Assembly: GCF_009914755.1 (NCBI RefSeq)
Contig: NC_060935.1
Strand: one strand, 5' to 3'
DNA length: 64,000 bases
Origin: the human T2T-CHM13v2.0 reference genome, Homo sapiens
Shown: positions 28,350 through 41,302 of the stretch, piece after piece
Layout of the letters: every line of letters begins with the position of its first letter
Numbering within the stretch: the stretch's first letter is position 1
The notes under the pieces: model-generated
Told to the model about the DNA's origin: nothing
The model's database searches: none
Seen by the model: only the letters and a program-made list of their open reading frames with translations
Program-made: the position numbers and the translations under genes

Positions 28350-28870
28350 GGTATTTTCTAAAAGGCAAATCTCATCATGTGACTTTCCAACTTAAAACTC
28401 TCCAGAGGCTTCTCACATCTCATAAAGTCCAGAATTCTCAGCATGCTCAGGAGATCTTGCATGCTCACACTCACCTCTTCTCACACTGCTCCCCCAGCTC
28501 CCTAGTACAAGCCTATTCTCCAGGTCCCCATGTTCATGTCCTAACTCACCCCAGGGCCTCCTCCTTGGCTCCTCTCTGCCCCCTTCACTTCATTTAGGTG
28601 GCTCCTACTCAGCCTTCTAGTCCCTATGGTGACATCGCTGCCTCCACGACCATGTCACTTGCTTCATACCACAGATAGTTGGGTCCCCTGTGATATGTTC
28701 CCTTGCTTTTCCTTTGAGTAACCTGTCTCTCAGAATCACCCTTCTCCATCCCTCCCCCTCCCAGACTGGGAGCTCCAGGAAGGTGGGATCCTTCTTATTT
28801 CCCAGTTGTCCCCAACACTGGGCCTGACCACAAAGCAGGTACTCTGTGTTTACTAAACAAGAGTCTCATG
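28350..28870 (+). mobile_element. L2 fragment
   Basis: CAAATCTCATCATGTGACT..CTTAAAACTCTCCAGAGGCTTC; CCAGACTGGGAGCTCC. Confidence 0.65.
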
Positions 28871-29279
28871 TTTCCCTCAATCCGCCCATTGTGTGGTCTC
28901 AGGGTGGCTCACAGGGAGGTACTCCAGGTCATAGGGGTTGCCTGTTCATTTCTCCTCAACCTGGGGATTCACCTTATCAGATGAATGACACTGCATTCAT
29001 CACAGTCTCCTCTCACTTAAAGGGGTTGTGAGCAAAATAAGTTCACATTGTCTGGTGCTTGGATGAATAAAGCATGGCTGCATGGGCCTGCCCAGGTGGG
29101 GAGGACCCCCAGTGTGGGAAAAAGCAGCATGTTATCATGGAGAGAGCTCCACAGTCCTAGACTCGAGGAGGCCCGGATTATCACTGTTATATCCTGGCTC
29201 TGACCTTCAATAAGATACTCCCTTCTCTATCTGGGTCTTAGTTTCCTCACATAAAGTATGGGGGTTGGACTCAATTATA

Positions 29280-29510
29280 ACATTTAGTCTTTAATGGATA
29301 CTTCTTAGTTTTTGCCAGGCCCAGGGCTAAACCCTTCATATGCAGTACAGGTAATTCCCACAGTAACCATATGAGGCGGGCACTATTATTAGCCCCATTT
29401 TACAGATGAGGAAACCGAAGATTAGAAAGTTTATATAACTTTCCCAAGGTCACATGACTAGAAAGTGGCAGAGGTAGGGTTTCAACACATTGAGCTCTTA
29501 ACCACTTTGC
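29280..29510 (-). mobile_element. MIR
   Basis: CCCCATTTTACAGATGAGGAAACCGAAG...CCCAAGGTCACA. Confidence 0.82.
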
Positions 29511-29814
29511 CTCCCCTCCGAGGACCTGCTGACTCTGTTATTCTAGGAACATGAAACTGCCCAGAGGCTCAGAAGGTCAGTATGAGATCTAAAATTATTA
29601 TGTTCTCAATACAGCATTCTCCCTGGAACAGGGAGACAGCGCAGGCTGTCAGCCCAGCATCTCCGAAACACTGGTAGCCCTGGGAGCCATACAGCAGCTC
29701 TTGGCTGCATTGACACTTGAGAGCCAGAAAAGAGCTAGAAATATTTCTTACCCAGATAGTCAATCTCCAGGTTACAGCCTTCCCTCTCAGCCATAACCTG
29801 GTTCTGTGCTTGTT

Positions 29815-29975
29815 TTTACATTTAAATTTTCATTGAAATATTACATGCATTCAGAAAAAAGCAAATATTATACATGAATTATCTCAAAGTGAACACACCT
29901 GTGTAACCACCATCCAGGTCAAGACATAGAACATTACCAGCATCCTATTAGGTCCCCTCCTAATCATTATCTCCC
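29815..29975 (-). mobile_element. Old L1M fragment
   Basis: CAAAGTGAACACACCTGTGTAACCACCATCCAGGTCAAGACATAGAACATTACCAGCA resembles reverse L1M 3' end. Confidence 0.65.
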
Positions 29976-30175
29976 AGGTCCTGTGTGTTTTTATCTGAGA
30001 ATATTCCCTGGAGCTATGGAGAAAGGCTGGAATAAGAAGTTAATTTTCAAATTATCCTTTCATCTCCAGGGAAATTGTAAGTCTGCAGGAGGGATGTGGA
30101 GGAGGGGAGGAATGAACACAAGATGTACTAAACCCTCAGATATGGCAAATGGCTGCAGGTTCCAGAGAAAAGGGA

Positions 30176-30245
30176 TGTGTGTACATGTGTGTGTGCACAT
30201 CTGTGTACATGTGCATGTGTGTATGCGTGCGTGTGTGTGTGTGTG
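30176..30245. repeat. (TG)n-rich alternating purine-pyrimidine tract
   Basis: Direct reading. Confidence 0.9.
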
Positions 30246-31254
30246 AACTTTGTTGGCAGGAGGGAGGCCAGAGTGACTGGCAAGTGTGGGATCACAGAAA
30301 ATGAGTGCCTCAACCTCTTGAGTTAGGACAGGTCTCATTGAGAAAGAAGGTCATGCTTAGGGAAGTGTAGGAGATTCATCTAGAGAGCCCCTGTGCCCTA
30401 GCGCTGCCTCTCATCCTCCATCCAGGTGAAGTTGCTACAGACTCTAGCACTGCAATCATGCCTGCTAGGGGATCTGTCTTCTGGTTTCTTCAGAGATCAT
30501 AGAATGGGATGAAAGAGGGGAGGCAACCCAAAACACACCCCCAATTTGGGGAAGGTCTACCTAGAGTTGACTCATTATCAAGCTGAAGTATTCTTACATG
30601 AGAAGCAAAGAATCCCAATTACAGCCTTGAATTGCATGATTATGAAGCCCCTGAAAACTCTTGGAGGGTTTTATTGGCCTTATATTTGTTGTACATAAAG
30701 GAACAGAAGACTCTGTAAAGGAGAAAGTGTAATGCTTAGGCAAGCTCAGAGTCTGAGCTAAACCTTGACCTGTGTAATCTTATCCATTCCAACAAATGCC
30801 TTGGGCACCATGAATGTTCATCCCCTAACCCCACTGAGTGAGAAGCTGTGATTCTCAGACTATGCCGTGGTAACAGAGGTACACAAACCATAGGGAAAAC
30901 CTGCAGCAAGCATCTTTCTGGGCATCAAGTTTACTTTACATTTTAAGAAAAAATATATGAGAAGTAAAAATATTTTCTGAAGCAAAACAAGGAGAATTAT
31001 TAAGTAGAATGATAATATTCATATGCTCTTTTCAAATTTCAAAGACAAGCTCTGCTATCAGGAAGCTTTGGATGGTCCCTTTGCTCTGTGCACCAGTCAC
31101 TCAGGGGGATACATATCAGCTCTCTCCTACTAAGAGAGCTTTTGTGGGCAAGGCTGAGAGATTCTGAACAAAGGAGTAATCAAAGTATATTATATAATGT
31201 GGGGATAGAGTTAGTATCAGGCTTTACCTCTGAAAGGAAAGTGGGACTATGAGT

Positions 31255-31387
31255 ATAGGCATGGTATGCCGCAGTTAGCCTGGGATAGTCTCGGGTTGTA
31301 CCTTTTATCCAGGCACAATTATTAATAGCATCCCCTTTCACTGCACAAAGAGCCCAATTTGGATGAAAAAAATCATATGGTCATCCT
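31255..31387. mobile_element. MER94-like hAT MITE
   Basis: AATTATTAATAGCATCCCCTTTCACT...TTTGGATG...ATATGGTCATCCT. Confidence 0.7.
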
Positions 31388-32408
31388 GGCTATGAAAAAC
31401 TAGATTATTTTTTCAGAGAGTAGAGGAGGAAGGCTGTAAGCACATTCCCTGGCTGAAAGTAACTCAGTATAAGGAGAGCTCTGCACATCTCCACAAAGAG
31501 CTCCTGGAGGCATTGGGAATCTAAAAGGAAGGAGGATCCCAATGTGGCCCTTCTCAGTATTCCATTCTTGGCTGCCCTGGTCAAGGCAAAGTTGCTCTAG
31601 ACAAAGGCTGTGTGACAATGCTGGGACAGAGTTATGAAAGCCAGGCTGAGCCAAGCCTCAGCCAGTCCCTGGAGCAGCCAGAGGTGGAAAATCTGTAGGG
31701 CTAGTGCAAATTATATTCAAGGGAGTCAGCATGCCAAACCCAAAATAATTTGCCAGCTCCAAGGGATACGTGCAAAGACATCAACAAGAGATGAGACAAG
31801 AAGCCTAGAACCAGGAATGGGAGGAAAAGTTGGGGAAGAGGACTGCAAGGTAGGGACATGGGAACAGGACTCAGGGCAAAGACATCACTGGGGGCCAAGA
31901 GCTGGCCACAAGGCTGGCAACAGCCCGGTTGGGTCAGAGGCGTCCGCCAGGAGGACGGTCCTCCCCAGGCTGCATTCATAATCAGCCAGCTAAATTGCCT
32001 TTTGGTTTCTGATTTTGGTGGCATTGCTGTGATTACTTTATAAGTAGTTCTTTTTACAGAAAATTTTATTCATAAGAGAGGAGGGGAGTCTTAAAAAAGG
32101 AAAGGACTTATTTTAGCATTAACCCTTTTCAGATTATTTCACAAGCAGATGAATTCAGCTAATCAGCTTGCCCGTTCACTGGCATCAGCCTTGCCAAAGC
32201 ATGTGTTTGCAGGGTTTTGGTGTCACTGTAGCACATGGACAGAGTGTCTTTCCACGAGACTTTCATCATGAGGGTGCTGAGTTGAAATAGAAAGATTGCC
32301 ATGGTTGCCAGATGCACGATACTGACTATCATATGAGAATCAAACAAATGCTGCAGAAAGAACCTAGAGTTTGGCCTTATGTGTTGACTTGATTCATTTA
32401 CATCTATT

Positions 32409-32703
32409 TTATTTTACTTTTTATTTTTTGAGACAGAGTTTCGCTCCTGTTACCCAGGCTGGAGTGCAATGGCGCGATCTAGGCTCACTGCAACCTCCGC
32501 CTCCCGGGTTTAAGTGATTCTTCTGCCTCAGCCTCCTGAGTAGCTGGGATTACACCAACACGGCCGGCTAATTTTGTATTTTTAGTAGAGGTGGGGTTTC
32601 ACCATGTTGGTCAGGCTGCTCTAGAACTCCTGACCTTAGGTGATCCACCCACCTCCGCCTCCCAAAGTGCTGGGATTACAGGTGTGAGTCACTGCGCCCA
32701 GCC
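32409..32703 (-). mobile_element. Alu (AluSp/Sq-like)
   Basis: Reverse Alu; perfect 14-bp TSD catttacatctatt at 32395-32408 and 32704-32717. Confidence 0.96.
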
Positions 32704-32809
32704 CATTTACATCTATTCTAATATTTTCCTTTATTCATGCTTATGTTTACCACCTTATAGTTTTAGGTCACTCCTCTCCTCATCAGGCATACCTGCATGG
32801 CCAAAGTCT

Positions 32810-33015
32810 GGTGGTTTCTGAGTGTTAACCAATTGCCAACTGTATGATCTTGGACCACTTACTTGGCCTCTCTGTGCTTTAATTTCTTCATATATTAAAA
32901 AGTCATGGTGAGCCCTATCTTTTAGGGTCATTGTGAGTGTTACAGGAGACAATACATGTAAAGCATTTAGAATCAGAATCAACACGTAATAAGTGCTCAA
33001 AAATGTTAATTAATT
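32810..33015 (+). mobile_element. MIR
   Basis: ATGTAAAGCATTTAGAA...AAGTGCTCAAAAATGTTA. Confidence 0.75.
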
Positions 33016-33451
33016 AAAATAAAGTTTGGGGGATCCAAAGGAGGCAGTGACAATGGGGACACATGTGTTGGTTCCCCACCATATGTGAATAGGACTGATG
33101 CAAAAGCCAAAGTAAAAACAAAACAAAACCCTCCCTAGGATTTTCTAGAAATCTTGGTAAAAGGAGCTGGTTTTAGTCCTACCAGCTGGTGCAAGAGAAA
33201 GCTCCTGCAGGAACTTTGAAGTTCTTCTAGTCCAGGTTCTTCATTTGCTGGATGGGGAACTGGCCCCAGAGAGGGGCCAGTGGCTTACCCAAAGTCACAC
33301 AGCAATTTCAAGGCAGAGCCAGAAGTAGAACCCAGATCCCCGATTTTCAGCACACACCAAAGCTTTTCTCTTTCAAAGTCTGTTCTGCCACACCCCTCAA
33401 AGCTGACCTGGTTGTCAGCAGTAAAGCCAAGTGCCTAGGGAATGAGCTAGC

Positions 33452-33615
33452 CCAGAGCTTCTGAAACTTTTTTGTACAAGTGAATCACCTGGGGATCTTG
33501 TTAAAAATGTAGGCTTTGCTACAGTAGAGCTGGAGAGTGGCCCATGAATCTGCATTCTTGACAAACTCCCAGGTGCTACTGCTGCTGTTCCAGGGATCAC
33601 ACTTAGATAAACAGG
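33452..33615. mobile_element. MER5-family MITE
   Basis: GAATCACCTGGGGATCTTGTTAAAAATG...GAATCTGCATTCT...CTCCCAGGTG. Confidence 0.78.
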
Positions 33616-33623
33616 CTCTAGGC

Positions 33624-33940
33624 CAGCGTTATCCAGTAGAAATAGAAGGCAAGCCATGTATGTAGTTTTCAATGTTCTAGTAGCCACATTAAAAAACAGA
33701 AAAAAAAAACAGATGACATTCATTATAGCAAATGAAATCATTTAACCCAATATATCCAAAATATTCCCATTTCAACCTATAATGAATACAAAAATTATTA
33801 ATGAGATTTCTCACTTTCTTTTTTTCCTTCCAAAATCTTCTAAATACCATGTGCATTTTGGAGTGAGAGCACATCTCAATTCAGACTTGCTACGTTTCAA
33901 GTCCGCAGTTGTCACATGTGGCTTCTAACTGCAGTGTAGT
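33624..33940. mobile_element. MER33 hAT MITE
   Basis: CAGCGTTATCCAGTAGAAAT...TTCTAGTAGCCACATTAAAAAA...TTTAACCCAATATATCCAAAATATT. Confidence 0.85.
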
Positions 33941-33990
33941 TCCAGGCAGTTTCTCAGTGGGTCTCAGCCCCACTTCCTGACCACACCATC

Positions 33991-34126
33991 TTTTTTATTT
34001 TTATTTTTATTTATTTATTTATTTTTGGAGACGGAGTCTCGCTCTGTGGCCCAGGCTGGAGTGCAGTGGCATGATCTCAGGTCACTGCAAGCTCCGCCTC
34101 TCAGGTTCACACCATTCTCCCGCCTC
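33991..34126 (-). mobile_element. 5'-truncated AluY-like right-arm fragment
   Basis: T-rich tail then GAGACGGAGTCTCGCTCT...GCAAGCTCCGCCTC...CCATTCTCC (AluY diagnostics); ends abruptly. Confidence 0.9.
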
Positions 34127-36524
34127 TTGGTTCTTCCTTGGGTTTTTCCCACTGTGGCATGCTCTTCCCACTGAAGAACAGCAGTCCCCACTCTCACCCA
34201 GCCTCAGCTTCCTGGAGGAAGACAAGGGCAAAGAAGCCCAAAATCCACCTTACGTCATTCATTTCCTGACCACACTAGAATTATCTGGGCCAAAAGACCC
34301 CTCCCTGGCTGGCACTATGGTGTCAAAATGCACAGCTAAATGCTTGAAGGCCTGTGTGTTCTGCCTTCAATTAGGAGACAGGAGCTGACAACACTTTCCA
34401 CATGGCTCAGGCCCTGCCACTGTCTGGCCAGGTGGTTTGAAGGGTTTTGCATGAGGCCAGCCATTGACCATGAGAGACACAGTCTGTGATTCCATGGCCA
34501 AGTGCCAGCGTGACATCTGTGGGCCCTCTGTGATTTCAGGGGCGGCTCTTCTCCTGCCAAAATACATCAATGGGATCCATCTGACAGTTTTGGGTGAGCA
34601 TGCAGACTCACTGGGAGAAAGACCCACACTGGCTGAGGGCCTCACCACCGGGGTTGCGGGTGTTGTCTGAACTAGAACGAAGTCCGCAAACATCTTCCCC
34701 AATCTGTGACCTGCATGTGACTCACCAGGCACTTCTGTTCATATGTACCCCCCGGAAACCCAGGTCTGAGAAGCCAGGTCATTTGTATGTTGAAGCACCA
34801 ACCAAATGTATGTTTTTGCTTGCTTGTGTCTGGGAAAGCTTGTAGCTTGACGCTACCTAATGCTAAACATATGACTTATCTGGAAACATCTAAGTATGCT
34901 GTGGTCTATAGACAAAACATCCACATCTATAAGGATGTCCTGATTAATGGTATTTTCTGGTAAAGCAAAAATCATTCCTTGTTTGAGTCCTTGTTGTTGC
35001 AAATCCTTCTAATCTTGGATTGAGTTTTTCCTACCTTAGTAAGTAGAATCTAATGAGCAAAATCAAATCTTATCTAATGCCTCAGTGTCCTTAATTGCCT
35101 CCACAGGCATTTTGCATGTTGATCATACAGGCAATTATACTTCATTCATTCAATCAGCAAATATGCATTGAGTACCTGTCACAAGCCAGGCATCGTTCTA
35201 GACTCAGGGGATGCAGCAGAAAAAAACCCTTGCTCTTATGGAGCTAATATTCAAGTGTGTGCATGTGTGTTGAGGTGAGGGGAGATGGGGATGGGCAGCA
35301 AACAAGCTGATAGCATATACATTATACCAGCTGGTAGGTGTTCTGTGTGCTGTTGTACATTTGATAGGCTCCAAACCGAGGGAACAGGGCAGCCAAGGCT
35401 GCTCCCCGATCAGGACAGGTTTTGCTGCCTGCCCAGGCTCTACAGGGAACCTGACCAAGACCTTCTCTCCAAGCTCATAGCCTCCTATCTAACCAAAGGC
35501 TGGCACTTGCCAATTAAGCAGATCATTTGGTGCCCTCCTGCCCTTGTATTTTCAGATTAATCTTGTCTCTTTCACGTATCTACTACCAACCCACCTCTGC
35601 CAGGGCCCTTGGTTTCCTCTGTGTTTGAGGTGGTGCCTCTGCGTGTGACTCTCACCCTCCACAGGGTCCCCTCGTGATGGGATGGGAGGGGATGCTGTGT
35701 TTCGAGTGAGATAGCCGATGGCTTGTTTGTAACATAGACTTTTCCCATTGTCATGAGGTTGGGGCGGCAACAGCTAGAGGAAATACAAACAACAATTTTC
35801 CATGCCCTATTTCTGTCTCCAACCAGGAGTGCCATGCTGACACAAACACAGTGTTCATTTGTTCAGTGTTTGAAGCTGAAATGTACCATAAATATACCAT
35901 AGCCCTTCAAAGGGTGGGTTCACAACAGTCTGCTTTAAGAGGCCACCAAAGTCATCTTTTGAGGAAAATAAAACAAAAATATATTTAGAAAACATTGCCC
36001 TTGGGGGAAATTGAAAACATTTTTCCTATTTATGATCTGGTCCTTTTCCACTTGACAAACACTGATTGCTGTTTCCCACCCACACCCCTGCCCTTTCTAC
36101 TGTTTTAGGTGGAGCCCAGATTCACATGGTTTTCTGGTTAAATAACAAGTGTGTCTGTCCCAGTCTCAGCCTAGTAGAGCCCACACACCAGCGACTGGTG
36201 TAACATTGGAGGCCAGCACTGTTCTAGGAAGGATAGAACATGGAAGACCCTGGCTTGAGAACCCACTAGAGTAGACTACGGTCTTCTTTAGAAAGATCTC
36301 TTCATTGTAGCTGGAGGGAGAATGTTAGGAGATTGGACTGTAAAATATCATTAGGCCGATGTATAGGAAATCACCATTTTTGAGTCAAAAGTAGTTGTTA
36401 TAGACAATTTCATTTAGTTCCATCTAAAAATAAACAGCTGCCATTTATTGATTATTGCCTGTGTGAGCTAAGCAATTTACATGAATGATGTCATTTGATC
36501 TTCACAATAACCCAACAGGGTGGT

Positions 36525-36945
36525 GTCTCAGGTTGGGTTCCACAGAGGCAGACGCTAAGATGAGGATTTGTGACTTATTGAAGAAGGGCTCCCAGGACAA
36601 ACCAGTAAAGGAGAGGAGAGTAGGACAGGGACAGGGATACAGCCAAGCAAGGATGAGGTTTCAGGCAGAGTCCCAGCCTCAGCTGCACTGTGTGGGGAGT
36701 TCTGGAGCTTAAATTACACCCACTGCAAGGCAAATGAGCTGGGTTTTCATATACCCACAGGCTGCCCAGGGAGTCAACCCTCAGACACAACCAGCTCTCT
36801 GCATGCATAGGTGAAGGGGCAGGCCTCCGAGCAAGCTCACAGGTGCCGATCATTAGAAGCAAAGCACAGGGAAGCCAGGGGAGGGGAGGGCCACTGAACA
36901 GGGACCTATGGTACTCTGGGCAGAGCATCTTCAGGGTCCACTGGA
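36525..36945 (-). mobile_element. ERVL solo LTR (LTR16/LTR33-like) nested in a MIR
   Basis: TGTCTCAGGTTGGGTTCC...AGGCAGACGCTAAGATGAGGATTTG start and ...CTGGGCAGAGCATC...TCCACT end match recalled LTR16/33 termini. Confidence 0.65.
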
Positions 36946-38050
36946 GGGAGGTATTAGTTTTATCCTATTTTACACTGAAGAAACTGAGACTCGGAAGGAT
37001 GAAAGTAACCCACCTCTGGTCATAAAGAGATAGGGCCAGAACTCTATTATCCTGAACTGGCCATTCTGTAGAACTCCCACTGTCACTTCCAATGCCCTTA
37101 GTCACTGGGGTCAGCTGGTGGTGTCTGGTCCCTCTTTTCCTTAGAATGAAATTTTAGAGCCAGCTTGGTTCATGCAGATAGACTAGGGGTGCAGGGACCA
37201 CCCAAGGGACCAACAGCTATTGCTCGTCTAAGTCCATTTGGCAGCAAGCTAGGACTTCTTGTCACATTAGCTCTCCCTTGTACCTCTCTAGGTTGGAAAA
37301 AAGGCCTTTCTTGGGCCCAGTTCGGTGGGATCTGCTGACATGTTCCTCCACTGTCCCCGGAGCCTGTTTTCCCTTTCAAGGTTCCCTTGGCAGAGGCGGG
37401 TGTGACCTGATACTCTCTACCTCAGTGGCCAGCAGCAAAGTGCTATCCAGTGCCACTGCCTGAGAGAGCTGCCACCACTTGGCTTGGATCAGGGAATGTA
37501 CTCCCAGTATTCCAGGCCAAGGGACACACTGGCATCAGAACACCTGATTAGGGGATCACCTCCCACTGCTGCCTCTTTGCTCACTCCCCTGGCCAGGTGC
37601 AGTCAGTTACCTGCTCTTATCTGGCAACCCAAGGTGGCCTTCAGGGAGTTGAGTCGGCACTCTCCGGTCCAAAACATGACATAGTGGGAAAGATACAGAC
37701 TTTGGAGTCTGCAATCCAAGTTCAAAACCCAGTTCAGCCACTTAATAATGGAAGTGGTTATTTAACTTCTTTGTACTTCAGTTTTCTCATCCGTAAACAG
37801 GGAATGACAATACCTGGCACAGAGTGGACTTTGAGGAATATTTGCTCCCAGCCTTTTTTTTTTCTAGATTTTGCCTTACCTGGCATTGTTTTCTGTCACA
37901 TGACCTATCCTGACTTCAGGTCATTCTATGCATTTTAATACAGCCTAGCTGTCCTGGGATTGATTGGCTGCAGGGTGCAAGCTGGAGAATGTGTTCCTTA
38001 TTGTCATAAAGAGTTTTGTCCCTTCTGGTTTACCATTTGAGTTCTGTCTA

Positions 38051-38366
<316 letters not shown>

Positions 38367-39534
38367 TAAAGACACTAGATGACCTGCTTTTTTTTTTTTC
38401 TAATCCTGACTAAGGCCTTGTTCACTGAATCCCATTCTACTCCATATGCTAATGGTTCCTTGAATGAGGCTTGGCTTGCTAGGACATAGCACAGGAGAAA
38501 AAGCAAAATGCTACATGACACTGAGATGCTGAATCATGCCCCCATAACCTTCTCCTCCATACATAGAAATGCTCTCCTGGTTTTTTCGGCAGCCTACTTG
38601 AACATCAATCACATCGGGAAAAAAAAATAAAAAAAATAAACTGGCTTGCCACCAACGCCATTGTGCTAAGAATAATTTCTGTCCTAGCAGTACAGCTGGT
38701 CAGAAACATTTCCCAGTGTTCCCATCTGGAATTAGGTGTGAGGATTCAGGAAGTGCATTTGTCCATTTCAAGTCTGAACCTGGCATGGGCCTTGAAACTT
38801 GGAAGCCTGACAAAAACCTAAGAATCCTAGAGTAAATGTCCAAACACTGACCTGCCCAAAAATCTATCTCATATTGAAGTCTCCTTCTCTTTTGTGTGTT
38901 GCATGACTCTCATTTAGTCTATTGTTCCTAGTTTTCCAGGAGTCAGTATTAAATATCAACCGTATTTACTAAGGCAGAGCTTAGTTCAGCTCAGCGTCTC
39001 ACAGTGGAGTCCTCAGCCAGCATAACATCTTGATGATCAGGATCATGGTTTACTGGTTCTGGTTTGAAATTGGTTCTTGATGATAGTGGCTGGCTGTCTG
39101 GCTTCAGAGAAAGGATTGTTTACATTTTAATCTTCCAAATAAATAGAATTATTCATCCACTCAAAAACTATTCCCAAGATGCTGACATTGCAGCAGGCAT
39201 TGTGCTCTCTAAGCACCAAGGACTTTAAGCACAAAAAGACACCTTCTCCACCCTCTTGGAGATGATAGTTTGATTCAGTGGTTCCTAACCCTGGGCTGCA
39301 CGGTAGAATCACCTAGGGAGCTTCTTATAAGTAGTGTTAAGATATGATTTTCCTCTTTAATCCTCACAATAATCCTACAATATAGATAGTGCTGTTGTAC
39401 ACATTTCAAAGACAAGAAAACTGAGGCATAGATTGGTTGAGTCGCTTGCCCGAGGTTACACAGCATTGTGGAACTAGAATAGGACCACAGAAGGTGTGCC
39501 TTCAGAGAGCTGTACTTACCTCAGAACTATCCTG

Positions 39535-39904
39535 GAATACTATGCAGCCATAAAAAAGAACAAAATCATGCCCTTTGCAGCAAATGGGTGGAGCTGGAGG
39601 TCATTATCCTAGCAAACTAACGTAAGAATGGAAAACCAAATATCGCATGTTCTCACTTATAAGAGGGAGCTAAGCACTGAATACACATGGTGGTAAAGAT
39701 GGGAACAATAGACACTAGGGATTGCTAGACAGGAGAGGGAGGGAGGTGGGCATGGGCTGAAGAAACACCTGTTGGGTTCTATGCTTTTGGCCTGGATGAT
39801 GGGATCGTTGAGACCCCAAGCCTCTGTGTCACACAATTTACCCATGTAACAAATCTGCACATATATCCTTTAATCTATAATAAAATTTGAAATTTAAAAA
39901 AAAA
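39535..39904 (+). mobile_element. L1 (older L1PA-type) 5'-truncated 3' end
   Basis: GAATACTATGCAGCCATAAAAAAGAAC...CATGTTCTCACTTATAAG...AATAAA, poly(A); TSD agaactatcctg/ggaactgtcctg. Confidence 0.92.
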
Positions 39905-41252
39905 GGAACTGTCCTGCCTCTTCCTGAATAGGGCAATGCAGGAAGAGACAAGATAGTTCTTTTTTTTTTTTATTTCAGATTTTATTATAGAGGAAAGATT
40001 AAAGGGCATGGCATGTCTGGAGATGGCTGGTGCAGGTGGCAAAAGAAAAACTAGGGAGGGAGGCAAGGATGGGGCAGGAGGGGTCTTGGGGACCCCGACT
40101 GGGACACTGGGTTTTAGTTAGGTGATTGGAATAGTTACCACCTGTAACAACTAGACTGTGAAGGCATTTGCTGGGAGGGGCTTAGCATACATTTCTACAC
40201 AACAAAAAGTAGGTCATTGTCTTCAGAAGAGAGCAGGGAAGGTGCAGATGCTTGTGATGGCAATTGGCTCTGACAGCAGCTCCGTGCTGAGTGGGGAGGA
40301 ATGTGAGAAGGGCCTCCTGCTCCTTTTTCCCACTGAACTCTTGCTTTGACACGTTATCGTAACGCTGGGGTCAGTCCTAGAGCAGCTGGCTCTGTGCCTC
40401 CTTCCCTGGAAGCTGCCTTGCCTACCCAGCACTTGTGCCCACTCAGATCATCAAGCCCACCAGAATCTTCACTACACTGTTGCTCAGAACCCACTCATCA
40501 CAGCACAGGGCTGAGTGCTGATGGGGCTGCCATGGAGGAGCTGCAAACCCACTTCCCTGCTCATTGTGTAATCCAGGAGAGAACGGGGTGTAATCGTTAC
40601 ACACATGAGCCAGGGTTTGAATTCCAACTCCATCATTTACCACGTGACTCTGAGCAAGCCCCTTGACCTCTAGGAAGCTCACTTTTCTCATCTGTAAAAT
40701 GAGGTGGCCATCCCTACTTTGCAGCTTTGTTTTAAGCATTGGGGATATAATTCACAAGGGACCTAGTAAATGTGTCGGAGGCCCTCAGTAAATGGCAGCT
40801 GTTATTATGCCTGCTTAACTGCCATTACTGAATTCTAGATCCCCGTGGGCCCAGAGAGCCCTGGTGGAGAGCCATTGAATAAACCCCTTATTTTGCAGAT
40901 GAGAAAGCTAAGCTTGAAAAGGGCAGTGGCTTTCCCAAGGTCACCCGGACTGTGAAGAGCACAACCAGGAGCAGGAGCTACCTGTGAGAGGCCTCCTGGC
41001 TCCAACCACAGAGCAGAGGTGAAAAGTTCAGCTCCAGCTTGGCCACGGCCACCCATAGCCTTTGCTCTGATTTCCTCTCTCCACAATGGCACAGACACAA
41101 CCTTTCTGGAAGGGTTTGTGTGGACGAGTAAGCTGTCATTCCAAAGTGCTGAAAAGTACTCCACAGGTGCCAAATCATGACTCTCCATGGATTTCAACAC
41201 CTCGGTTGGCATGCCTTCCCACCAGATGCAAGCTTCATGTGGACAGTGCTCA

Positions 41253-41302
41253 CGTGTGTGTGTGCATGTGAGAGAGAGAGAGTGTGTGTGTATGTGTGTG
41301 TG
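41253..41302. repeat. Compound (TG)n/(GA)n/(TG)n microsatellite
   Basis: Direct reading. Confidence 0.9.

Noticed and set aside
32225-32250. REST/RE1-like GTAGCACATGGACAG
   Set aside because: Wrong spacer length and left half mismatched
37480-37530. CCCAGTATTCCAGGC resembling part of a reversed 5S rRNA
   Set aside because: Similarity too short and flanks do not extend
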